From the IMG/VR virus record IMGVR_UViG_3300032234_000384, positions 1 through 63,522 of that record: DNA of 63,522 bases; one strand, written 5' to 3'. Both the position numbers and the translations under genes were made by a program. Source of the DNA: a virus. Taxonomy: Duplodnaviria > Caudoviricetes. The notes beneath the pieces were generated by a model, which did not search any database, had not been told where the DNA came from, and was given only the letters and a program-made list of their open reading frames with translations. Below, piece by piece: positions 9,446 to 18,412 of the stretch (positions are counted from its first letter, which is position 1; the number at the start of each line of letters is the position of its first letter).

Positions 9446-10155
9446 TGATAAAGACTCTTATGTTTGTACTCACCTAATGGTGTGTGCATAATTGTTTTGT
9501 TAATCATAAATTCTTCCCATGGTAATCCAAGCCTACGGATGAAATGCTCAGAGATAACATGTGGGCAAAGAAGTCCAGTTTCTTTGTAAAGTTGCGGCAA
9601 GTGATACAACACCTTACAGAACAAACTCATTGTAAAGAAGTTTCCAACCTGAATCATATCGGAAGTTCCTTGTCCCATGTGATTCTTGTAACCTAGTGTG
9701 TAGAATTTATTTGGAATGAATTCAGGTAGTGCCTCATTAAACATCAAATCTGGTCTCATACGAATCACCAAATCATATGTTTTACCGGATAACATCATGT
9801 GTTCTTCAATGGCAAGCATACCACGACCAACTTTGAACCACATCGAAAGCTGGTTCTTTGGAACATGGTAAAAGGTTTCAAACTGTTTTGCTCTAGTTGA
9901 AAAATTATCTTCGTATTCTTCATAATTCTCATCATTCATACAAACAGGTTTGTATGCTTGCTTTACAGCAGTAACATTCAACTTCGGTCCACCTTCTGTG
10001 ATACCTTTAGAAGAATGTGGGTCCCAATATGCCTCAGAATCCCAAGTGTCAATGAAAACATCTGGATTGTATTTGTCGATGATGTGTCGTTTGGTGTTGG
10101 GAAAAACTTGGTCCCAACACCTCATGTGACCGGTTAATAAGAGTGCTACATTCAT
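9442..10155 (-). CDS. Glycosyltransferase-like protein
   Basis: ALLLTGHMR, DVFIDTW, YDLVIRMRPD. Confidence 0.6.
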   Translation of the reverse strand: MNVALLLTGHMRCWDQVFPNTKRHIIDKYNPDVFIDTWDSEAYWDPHSSKGITEGGPKLNVTAVKQAYKPVCMNDENYEEYEDNFSTRAKQFETFYHVPKNQLSMWFKVGRGMLAIEEHMMLSGKTYDLVIRMRPDLMFNEALPEFIPNKFYTLGYKNHMGQGTSDMIQVGNFFTMSLFCKVLYHLPQLYKETGLLCPHVISEHFIRRLGLPWEEFMINKTIMHTPLGEYKHKSLYQ

Positions 10156-10763
10156 TCTTTTCTTTCGAAATAAAGATTGTCTTCATTCACCTGTGATTTT
10201 ACATCTGTGATTTTAAAATTGTTTTGTTCAAGGAATGAAAGAGCATCTTCTTTGGTGTGTTGCCCCTTGTACAGTCTAACTTCTGCCGACTGTGGAACTT
10301 CAACCACTCCAGATTTAACGATCTTAAGTTTTTCACCAAGGCCTTTGAGTACAGCCAAGTCCGAGCCTTGTGCATCAATATGAAGATGGTCAATTTGTGT
10401 AATTTCGGGAGCATAAATTGACAACCAGGTATCAAGTCGATACACATTCACCTTTTTGGAAGCACGTACAACAAAGTCTGTTCTTCCTGGCCATGTTTCA
10501 GTTAAATTATCGGAGAAAGTGTTGAGTGAGGCTGAACCAGTATCATCCTGCACCATATGGAAATCTGCTTCTCCGTCAAAATCGGAAATAGCGGTTTCAT
10601 AAACATGATAACGGTCTTTCATACCTCTCGCTTCTGCGGCAATACGTAGAAGCCTGGCAAGTTCAGGTGTAGGTTCAAACGCATAACAAATAACATTTGG
10701 ATTATGCTGTGTTACGTCCAACGAATCTTGACCCCAATGAGCACCAACATCAAATAGTATCAT
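10152..10763 (-). CDS. FkbM-family methyltransferase
   Basis: FDVGAHWG, YAFEP, LHIDAQGSD. Confidence 0.85.
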   Translation of the reverse strand: MILFDVGAHWGQDSLDVTQHNPNVICYAFEPTPELARLLRIAAEARGMKDRYHVYETAISDFDGEADFHMVQDDTGSASLNTFSDNLTETWPGRTDFVVRASKKVNVYRLDTWLSIYAPEITQIDHLHIDAQGSDLAVLKGLGEKLKIVKSGVVEVPQSAEVRLYKGQHTKEDALSFLEQNNFKITDVKSQVNEDNLYFERKE

Positions 10764-10765
10764 TT

Positions 10766-12148
10766 TTATTCCTTGTGATTGTCTAAGAAGTAATTAAGGT
10801 CTTCAGGTGTACCGATACCCCACATCTTCTCGATATTTTTAACACGAATCTTTTTACCATCACCGATGGCTTCATTGAACACGGGACAAGTATAGAATTC
10901 ACCATTTGTTCGAATGTTTTTAGAGATCATTTGTTCAGCATACTTCACATAATCTGAACCGTGACGCCAGTAGTAAATACCAACGGTTGCTTCATCTGAA
11001 ATAACTTTCTTCTCTGCAACTTCGGAAACAAAACCATCTTCATTCAGTTTTGCATATGACCATTTTGGATGTGTCGCTTTGAATGTTAGAATACCACCAT
11101 CGATAGAATCTGCTGAGAATGCATACATACATTCATTAGAGTTCCACTCAACAAATTGGTCTGAGTTAGCCATAACCAAAGGTGCATCGTTGTCGATGTG
11201 TTCTTTAGCAAGCAATGTGGTGCAGGCGGCACCATCTGTGAGTCCGTCAACTTGAACAATTTTGCAACCTGGTGCAATGAGATTCAACAAGTATTTCAGA
11301 TTATATGTTTCATAGTGTTCTTTTTGCACCAAGAAAATATAGTTTGCTTCAATGTTCAAGTTCTCAACTACAACCTGAATCATTGGCTTACCACGCACTT
11401 CAATAAGTGGTTTCGGGAAAGTGTATCCGGCTTGTGCAAAGCGTGATCCTGCGCCAGCCATTGGAATCAAAACATTCAGCTTTTTGTCTCTCCACGGTAG
11501 AGACTTTTTACTTGTACCTTCAATCGTATTCATAAGGTCATAAATCCTTTGCATCATATATTCAGAGTTAACTTCTTTTGCATTTTCGACCGCAAGCAGG
11601 TGTGCTCCAGAGTCCAATGCGCCTTGGCGTCCAATATGACTATCTTCCACAATAATTGTATTTTTGGGAAGTGCATTTAGTGCAGTCATACATTTCCAAT
11701 ACATTTCAGGATAGGGTTTCGTGCGAGACACATCCTCATTACTGACAAAATAATCAACTTCGTCCATCACACCAATACTTAGTAGAGATAATTTTACAGT
11801 CTCACGGATAGAGTTTGATGCAACAGCAATTTTGTAACCACGTGCTTTGATTTGACGGAAGATAGTCTGTAACATATACTCTTTACAGAACCCACGAACA
11901 AGATTAAAAGTTGCTTCTTGTTTATCTTTCCATATTTTGTCATATACGGATACGGGTAGATTCTTTTGCTCAGTGAGCATCTTCAGTTTTTTGGTGGTGT
12001 TCAAACCATCATACTTACTGAGATGTTCTTCACGTGTGATTACAAATTCTTCACCAACTTTACGGAGTGCATCATTCAGTGCATCATAATGAAGTTCACG
12101 GGAATCAATCAAAACTCCATCAAGGTCGAAAATAACTAACTTACTCAT
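10766..12148 (-). CDS. HAD phosphatase fused to a sugar-phosphate nucleotidyltransferase
   Basis: FDLDGVL, KPYPE, EDS; IPMAGAGSRF...PKPLI, GTPEDL. Confidence 0.85.
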   Translation of the reverse strand: MSKLVIFDLDGVLIDSRELHYDALNDALRKVGEEFVITREEHLSKYDGLNTTKKLKMLTEQKNLPVSVYDKIWKDKQEATFNLVRGFCKEYMLQTIFRQIKARGYKIAVASNSIRETVKLSLLSIGVMDEVDYFVSNEDVSRTKPYPEMYWKCMTALNALPKNTIIVEDSHIGRQGALDSGAHLLAVENAKEVNSEYMMQRIYDLMNTIEGTSKKSLPWRDKKLNVLIPMAGAGSRFAQAGYTFPKPLIEVRGKPMIQVVVENLNIEANYIFLVQKEHYETYNLKYLLNLIAPGCKIVQVDGLTDGAACTTLLAKEHIDNDAPLVMANSDQFVEWNSNECMYAFSADSIDGGILTFKATHPKWSYAKLNEDGFVSEVAEKKVISDEATVGIYYWRHGSDYVKYAEQMISKNIRTNGEFYTCPVFNEAIGDGKKIRVKNIEKMWGIGTPEDLNYFLDNHKE

Positions 12149-12971
12149 GTTTATTGAACTTTCTTAGAATAGAACGAACATCTTCAATGGGCGCATCAAG
12201 TGGCATCTTATGGAGTTCATACATATCGGGATTTTTGAAATATGCCATTAGCAATAAACCTTGGTCATCATCAACTAGACCGAGGTTCATTAGATATTCT
12301 AACGCTTCTTTCATATCGATGGCAAGAGTTCGCCACTGTTCTTTTTGTGCAACAAAGACACCACCAATAATAAACACCACATTATTTTGTACTGCCAAAG
12401 CGGCTTGTTGTTTAGCTTGTGTTAGAATTGGATCACGGTAATTAAAATAGTGCATCTTACCTGGAGTGAAATCGTATTCCCATTTTTTACTGAGTGGAAT
12501 ATGTTCATCGTCACGGCAATAACCAAAGTCTACCCATGATGCAAACTCATTTGTGATTAGACCACGTTCATATGCATCAGCAACATAGAATGCTTTGAGT
12601 GATGTAACACCAACATAGTCTTTAGACCAATATTCAGGATTACGTACTTGATAGGGATTAATTTTTTTGATGAACTCAGGTGATGTTTGAATTGCTTCAA
12701 TCTTATCACGAAGTTCTTGGTGAATATTGAAGTAGTCATACTCAACTACTTTAACATTGGGAGAAATTGCGGCTAAACGTGGTGCAATATCGGGTGATGT
12801 ATATACAATAATTTCTGTATCAATCTCACACATGCGTGTGAAGTGGTCGATGTACTTATCAACGGAACGTTGTAGATAATGTGGAAGTGGTCCGCCATTT
12901 TTCTGGACGTTCATCGACCAATCACCTCGGCCGATATCATAGAATGCAGTAACGATGCTAATTTTGCTCAT
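12141..12971 (-). CDS. HtrL/YibB-family glycosyltransferase-like protein
   Basis: IVTAFYDIGR, RNPEYW, WVDFG, DDDQ. Confidence 0.75.
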   Translation of the reverse strand: MSKISIVTAFYDIGRGDWSMNVQKNGGPLPHYLQRSVDKYIDHFTRMCEIDTEIIVYTSPDIAPRLAAISPNVKVVEYDYFNIHQELRDKIEAIQTSPEFIKKINPYQVRNPEYWSKDYVGVTSLKAFYVADAYERGLITNEFASWVDFGYCRDDEHIPLSKKWEYDFTPGKMHYFNYRDPILTQAKQQAALAVQNNVVFIIGGVFVAQKEQWRTLAIDMKEALEYLMNLGLVDDDQGLLLMAYFKNPDMYELHKMPLDAPIEDVRSILRKFNKHE

Positions 12972-13003
12972 TTCAAAGTCCCATATTTATTAAATTATAA
13001 ATT

Positions 13004-13900
13004 TTACGTATTGTACAAGAAGTATTTAGGCGAACTGCCAGTATTGGTATCTTTTGTGATGTTTGTTCCATATTTTTTAGAGAAATATTCCATCCATTCT
13101 GGAACTCTATCGTACTGGTGAACAATAACAAAAGGCTTGCCGTCAGAATTTACAACAAGACCCCCATCATTCATTGAAGGTCTTTCTTCCAATAAATATG
13201 GTCCAAATTTTTCAAGCATGTCAGGTTTGTTTGTTACATGTGCATTCACAGCCCACGCATCTTTCAATCTTGTCATGTGCGCCATAGATGACCAAAGTTT
13301 TGAACCGAGCAGTATATTATATGCGGCTTGGTCTGCAACCCAATCTGGACGATTGATTGAAAACTGATATAGATAGAAACATAATTCTTTAATCCATTTA
13401 GAACGGCCTGCTAGAACACCGACATTACAAACTTCATTCTCTTTCACTTCATTGTAGAAGTAGTCACCAAAGTTTTTACGAATGTTCTCACGGTTCCATT
13501 CTTCATCTTGAATCTTAATAGATTCTGATGATGCAATTATTCCGGGGACATACATTGGATTGACAGAATCTTCCATGAATTTGGTTGGATCAAATTGGAA
13601 GATAACATCACGCACATCAGTCGAAACGACATAACGATACACACCTTCATTCTCTTTCAAGAAATTATAGATGTGTATGAATCGTTGCATGTGAATCATC
13701 ATCTTATCATTGCGTTCAACTGGTATGACAATAACACCTTCTTCGATCAATTTCTTCACCAAGTCTGGTGTAGTTCCAATCGCAAATAGAACCGTGTCAC
13801 CTTTGAAACCGGTATCTTTGATTGATTGCACCCAAGGCTTGAGTACATCATAATCTGTATAGTTGTTAAATGCACCTATGATTAGGTCTTTTTCCGCCAT
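13004..13900 (-). CDS. GT-A fold glycosyltransferase-like protein
   Basis: TDVRDVIFQ, NVGV, DQAAYN, VHQYDR. Confidence 0.7.
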   Translation of the reverse strand: MAEKDLIIGAFNNYTDYDVLKPWVQSIKDTGFKGDTVLFAIGTTPDLVKKLIEEGVIVIPVERNDKMMIHMQRFIHIYNFLKENEGVYRYVVSTDVRDVIFQFDPTKFMEDSVNPMYVPGIIASSESIKIQDEEWNRENIRKNFGDYFYNEVKENEVCNVGVLAGRSKWIKELCFYLYQFSINRPDWVADQAAYNILLGSKLWSSMAHMTRLKDAWAVNAHVTNKPDMLEKFGPYLLEERPSMNDGGLVVNSDGKPFVIVHQYDRVPEWMEYFSKKYGTNITKDTNTGSSPKYFLYNT

Positions 13901-14610
13901 GGGTATTCTCCATTCATTTTTTGTTTCATCACTTCATTTCCTTTAATAAAGAAAACATCTTGTACCGAATCTGCTCGACTGGCTACTCTGTAGTTTACAG
14001 TATACTCACCATTCGTGTCAAATTTTGGTAGATTTTGCATCATAAATGGAGATAAAATTCTATCAACTTCTGGTTGCTCCTGTGGGTGCCTCGCACGGCG
14101 ATACCAGTAAGGAGAGAATTGAATTGCCGCCATCTTTGGAATCATAAAGCAATTCACATCAATAAATTTATCATTGATAACCGAGGTCCATTTACCAAGA
14201 GATTCACAATCGTCATTACATATGTATGTACCCTCTTGTGATACAATCTTTCTGAGTGAATATGCCCAATCGTTACCACGTTGAATAACGTCAACAAGCG
14301 ATTCGATATGATGGTCTTCATACCAGTTGTCTTGGTCAAGGAAACAAATGTAGTCACCATTTGCAATGTATGACAATGCACCATAGATTCGGTGACCATT
14401 GTATTGGCTATGACCAGTATTGTATGGAAGTTGTAGTAACAAGGCTTGTGAGCCTTCTAATATTCCACTGGATGTTTTTGCATAATCTGGTCCATCAACT
14501 ACCACAATATGCTCTATGTTGGAATAAGTCTGTTTATTTACAGAGTTCAATGCATCATATAATTGATGACTACCTGTTGTTGGGGTAATCACCGTCACCA
14601 ATGGTTTCAT
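13882..14610 (-). CDS. Family 2 glycosyltransferase
   Basis: VTVITPT, QTY..IEHIVVVDG, FLDQDN. Confidence 0.8.
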   Translation of the reverse strand: MKPLVTVITPTTGSHQLYDALNSVNKQTYSNIEHIVVVDGPDYAKTSSGILEGSQALLLQLPYNTGHSQYNGHRIYGALSYIANGDYICFLDQDNWYEDHHIESLVDVIQRGNDWAYSLRKIVSQEGTYICNDDCESLGKWTSVINDKFIDVNCFMIPKMAAIQFSPYWYRRARHPQEQPEVDRILSPFMMQNLPKFDTNGEYTVNYRVASRADSVQDVFFIKGNEVMKQKMNGEYPWRKKT

Positions 14611-14613
14611 AAT

Positions 14614-14895
14614 TTATCCTCTTGTTACTTTTAAGATTCTTTGTATTTGTGCTTCAATAACTGGACCACGATTTGGCCACTTAATGATTGGTTGATCCGC
14701 AGTTTTGAGTAATTTCATCAAAAAAGGAATAATAAGTTTTTCAGCTTCAGCTAGCCTTGCTTTATACTGTTCTACCGTATCTTCTTTTTCTGAAATGATA
14801 GAGTTGTATTCTTCTTCATCGGTGGCGGTGAAGCCGAAATCGAAATCATCTTCATACTCACTGAGAATTTTTTGTGTGTCTTTGTCTAATGGCAT
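14614..14895 (-). CDS. Hypothetical phage protein
   Basis: 93-aa ORF; DFDFGF and IKWPNR motifs. Confidence 0.6.
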   Translation of the reverse strand: MPLDKDTQKILSEYEDDFDFGFTATDEEEYNSIISEKEDTVEQYKARLAEAEKLIIPFLMKLLKTADQPIIKWPNRGPVIEAQIQRILKVTRG

Positions 14896-14896
14896 T

Positions 14897-15646
14897 TTAA
14901 ATGAAACAAGAAAGGTTTAGTTGGTCTTTTTTAATTGTAACAGATTTTCCATCAACTGGCGCTATGTTAAATGGTGATTTTTTACTTGCAGGTATGGAAA
15001 ATTGCATTTCAAAAGTAAATTGATAATTACCACCACCTTTGTACTGTACACGGGCACGATATGTAGCCTTTGCAGATTTACCAAACATTGGAACATCCTT
15101 TAGCTTCAATGGGTTTTTAGAACCCATCAAATAGAAACCATGCGTACCAACATTCACATAAAAGGTATCTTTTTTATTGTAGTATTCTTCGATCTTACTT
15201 GCCGCAATCTCACCACGAATATCGGGAAATGTATCCCTATCTCTTTCGTATCTCTGTTGGTTCGTTAACTTACCGGCAGTTGATTCCCACAACAAGTCTT
15301 TATCACGTTTGAATGGAATTTCTTTCCATTGTTTTTTTATGATATCGAATAGACCAACTTCTTCGGCTAAATCGGCAATGAATTGTTTTTCATCATCATC
15401 TTTTTTGATATCACCGAATTTCCATGGGTTCTTTTTGTCTTTACTATCATACTTCATTACAAGAGAACCAGCAGATGCGGCGGTGATTTTCAATTCACAA
15501 CCAGCCTTTTTCTTGTTATATTCAAGCATCAGGTCTGGTTGATCGTGTCCTGCACCGGCTGGAACAAAAGATTTTGGTACAAAACCCAAAGGTTTTAATA
15601 TATTTGCGGCATTCACTTCGTATTGAAAACCTTGTTGTGCGGCCAT
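14897..15646 (-). CDS. PD-(D/E)XK nuclease-like protein
   Basis: Start reassigned to MAAQQGFQYE (GGAG RBS, late promoter upstream); PDL...ELK motif. Confidence 0.55.
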   Translation of the reverse strand: MAAQQGFQYEVNAANILKPLGFVPKSFVPAGAGHDQPDLMLEYNKKKAGCELKITAASAGSLVMKYDSKDKKNPWKFGDIKKDDDEKQFIADLAEEVGLFDIIKKQWKEIPFKRDKDLLWESTAGKLTNQQRYERDRDTFPDIRGEIAASKIEEYYNKKDTFYVNVGTHGFYLMGSKNPLKLKDVPMFGKSAKATYRARVQYKGGGNYQFTFEMQFSIPASKKSPFNIAPVDGKSVTIKKDQLNLSCFI

Positions 15647-15668
15647 TTCTAAACACTCCAAATGGAAG

Positions 15669-15676
15669 TATTTATA
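15669..15676 (-). promoter_or_regulatory. T4-type late promoter TATAAATA
   Basis: Exact consensus upstream of 15646. Confidence 0.6.
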
Positions 15677-17072
15677 CTTTGAACCCTCCAAAATCTTTCT
15701 TCTTGAAGTTACCATTTTGTTGTTGTGGTGGTCTTTGTGTTGGGTTATGTCCTGCATCAGCTAAACCGGATTGTGCATCTTGTTCAACATCATACAGTTT
15801 CATCTTTGACCTGTCAATACCAAGAACGAACCTTTTATATGCTGTTGGATCGGAGTAACGGTTCTTCAACTGTTTCACCATGATCTGATTTAATGCCTCA
15901 AGTTCTTCGGAAGAAATGAGAGCAAACATCAAGTCAGCGGTTGCTGGCAAACCAAAACTTTCACTTGTATCTTCGAGTCCGGGGTCGGATGAAGTAAAAC
16001 CAGACCGTGTTGTTTGTGTAGCAGATACAATTGGGACTCCGAATTCAACTGCAAGTCCTCGCAATTCTTCTGCAATTGATTTGACATAGGTGTATGAGTT
16101 AATGTTTGCACCCGCTTTGATACGAGAAGAACAGCAAATATTAAGATAATCAATAAAAATGATATCAGGAACAAAAGATTTTTTAAGGTTAAGTTCATTC
16201 AATAGTGTTCTAAAATGTACAGCAGATGCAGATGCTGTTGGATATTCTTTAATAATCAATTTACCTGTTGTCATCTCTTTGACACGTTTGACCTTTCGGT
16301 CATACATGTCTTTAGGAAGTTTCATCAAATCATCGATGGACACATTAAGCAAATTTGCATCTATACGTTCTGCAATTTTCTCCTCAGCCATTTCCATAGT
16401 GATGTACAGTACATTTTTACCTTGTGACATAGCACCAGCGGCAACATGACACATAAAAAGAGACTTACCAACACCAGTACCAGCCAAGGCGATATTAAGG
16501 GTTTTTGTCGGAAGACCGCCCTTAGTGATTTTGTTGAAGTAATCGAGGTCGAAAGGAATTCGTTCTTCTGTTCTGTGATAGAATTCATATCGCCCATCGG
16601 AGTCCTCCAAATAATCGTGACCAACTGAATTGTCGAAACTTACTGCAAGAGCATCCGACAAAATTTTGGGAATCGCACCTTTGTCATTCGTCTTATCTTT
16701 ACCATCAAGGATGGAAATTGAATTTAAGACTGCATTATAAATGGCTTTTTCCTGGCAAAACTTTTCAGTTTTGTCGATGAGCCAATTGTTATCAGTTTTT
16801 TGTTCCGTCTTTGAAGATTGTTCAATTTCTTGTAGATAAGTTTCGCACTTTTCCACTTCTTCATTTGTGAGATTACGCCTCTCTTTGATGGCCAATGTAA
16901 TCGCTTCAACTGATGGTGTACTATTGTAAGCATTTGTAAATGATAAGATTTCATCATAAATCACCTTTTCAGTTCTATCTGTGAAATATTCATCTTTAAG
17001 GAAGGGCAAAGCCTTCCTCAAATAGTCTTCATTTTGTATCAGGTTCCTCAGAATAGTCTGTTCCAACTTCAT
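15672..17072 (-). CDS. gp41: Replicative DNA helicase gp41
   Basis: AGTGVGKS, YITMEMAEE, IDYLNIC, SATQTTR, KNRY. Confidence 0.95.
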   Translation of the reverse strand: MKLEQTILRNLIQNEDYLRKALPFLKDEYFTDRTEKVIYDEILSFTNAYNSTPSVEAITLAIKERRNLTNEEVEKCETYLQEIEQSSKTEQKTDNNWLIDKTEKFCQEKAIYNAVLNSISILDGKDKTNDKGAIPKILSDALAVSFDNSVGHDYLEDSDGRYEFYHRTEERIPFDLDYFNKITKGGLPTKTLNIALAGTGVGKSLFMCHVAAGAMSQGKNVLYITMEMAEEKIAERIDANLLNVSIDDLMKLPKDMYDRKVKRVKEMTTGKLIIKEYPTASASAVHFRTLLNELNLKKSFVPDIIFIDYLNICCSSRIKAGANINSYTYVKSIAEELRGLAVEFGVPIVSATQTTRSGFTSSDPGLEDTSESFGLPATADLMFALISSEELEALNQIMVKQLKNRYSDPTAYKRFVLGIDRSKMKLYDVEQDAQSGLADAGHNPTQRPPQQQNGNFKKKDFGGFKV

Positions 17073-17361
17073 CAATAATCCCTTTATCAATATTTTCCGA
17101 CATGATACTAACCAAAACATCACCAATGTGATTCTTGAAATTCATGTCTCTTTCGAGTTCGTCCTTCTGTAACGGAGTCTCTAACACATTATACACGAAT
17201 TGGAGATAGATGGCACCATCTTTCTCCTCCTCAAACTTCACTTTACCATATTGATAAACGGTATCAATGTATTTTCCAGATAATAGTTTGATACCAACTG
17301 TGGTGTTTTCCGATTCAGGAATCACATAATTAAAATCAACACCTTCCTTATACTGGTTCAT
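17029..17361 (-). CDS. gp40-like head vertex assembly chaperone
   Basis: Syntenic position between uvsX and gp41; YQYGKV motif. Confidence 0.5.
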   Translation of the reverse strand: MNQYKEGVDFNYVIPESENTTVGIKLLSGKYIDTVYQYGKVKFEEEKDGAIYLQFVYNVLETPLQKDELERDMNFKNHIGDVLVSIMSENIDKGIIDEVGTDYSEEPDTK

Positions 17362-18403
17362 CTTCTGCCTCGATTTCTTCTTGAATAATTTCTCCTGCCG
17401 CAACACGATATTTGTCCTCAATAAATTGACGGAACGATTCTGTCTTTAAAATTGGTAACCAAAAGTCTTTGGTGTCAGTATCTTTGATACGATACTTTTT
17501 ATCTTCTACTTCACCGGAGGATACATCCACTTTGCTATACCAACCGTTTGACGGTTTGATGACATGTCCGGACTCCAATGCAATATCAAGTAAGCCTGAC
17601 CAACGGCTAATACCACCATCAAAAGATACTGAAACAGGGATTTTAGATTTTTCTTTAACATAGCGGGATTTTTCTACGTTGATAATAAAATTGTAACCGA
17701 CAATTTCGGTACCCTCTTTTTCTTGCTGACGACCAATAATGAAGATGTTATCGGCAGAGTAATAAGAACCTGTACCACCACCAACAATGTCTTTAGGGAA
17801 CATACCAATTTCTTTGTATGTATGATTCACAACAACCATCGGAATATCTTTGAGTGAAAGATGTGGTGTCACCATACGGAACAAGGACTTAACCTGTTTA
17901 GCACGTGACATATCTGCAACAGATTTACCTTCAAGTGCATCTTCAACCTCTTTCTTAGATGCAAGGTTACCGATAGAATCGATAACAATAATCAATCTCT
18001 CACCACGTTCAAGATTGGTGAGTTGTTGCATAATATCAAACTTTAGCTGTTCAATATCTGTAAGAGGAGTATGGAGTACACGGTTAGTATCGATACCGAA
18101 GCTATCAAAATAACTCTGCGGAGTACCAAACTCAGAATCGTAAAAAAGAAGTGCGGAGTCTTCATATTTGTCCATGTAAGATTTTGCCATCAAAAGTGAG
18201 AATGCGGTCTTAAAGTGTTTTGATGGGCCTGCCCACATTGTAAGACCTGGTGTTAAACCACCATCGAGTTTACCTGATAACGCAACGTTGATGATAGGTA
18301 CGGATGTCGGAATCATATCCTTGTCCGTGAAGAATTTAGACTTTGCCAGAATGGCCGAGTCTTTAATAGAACTGTTCTTTTTAATTTTGTCCAAAATGCT
18401 CAT
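17348..18403 (-). CDS. uvsX: RecA-like recombinase UvsX
   Basis: AGPSKHFKT, YDSEFG, DSIGNLAS. Confidence 0.95.
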   Translation of the reverse strand: MSILDKIKKNSSIKDSAILAKSKFFTDKDMIPTSVPIINVALSGKLDGGLTPGLTMWAGPSKHFKTAFSLLMAKSYMDKYEDSALLFYDSEFGTPQSYFDSFGIDTNRVLHTPLTDIEQLKFDIMQQLTNLERGERLIIVIDSIGNLASKKEVEDALEGKSVADMSRAKQVKSLFRMVTPHLSLKDIPMVVVNHTYKEIGMFPKDIVGGGTGSYYSADNIFIIGRQQEKEGTEIVGYNFIINVEKSRYVKEKSKIPVSVSFDGGISRWSGLLDIALESGHVIKPSNGWYSKVDVSSGEVEDKKYRIKDTDTKDFWLPILKTESFRQFIEDKYRVAAGEIIQEEIEAEDEPV

Positions 18404-18412
18404 AATTTTCCT

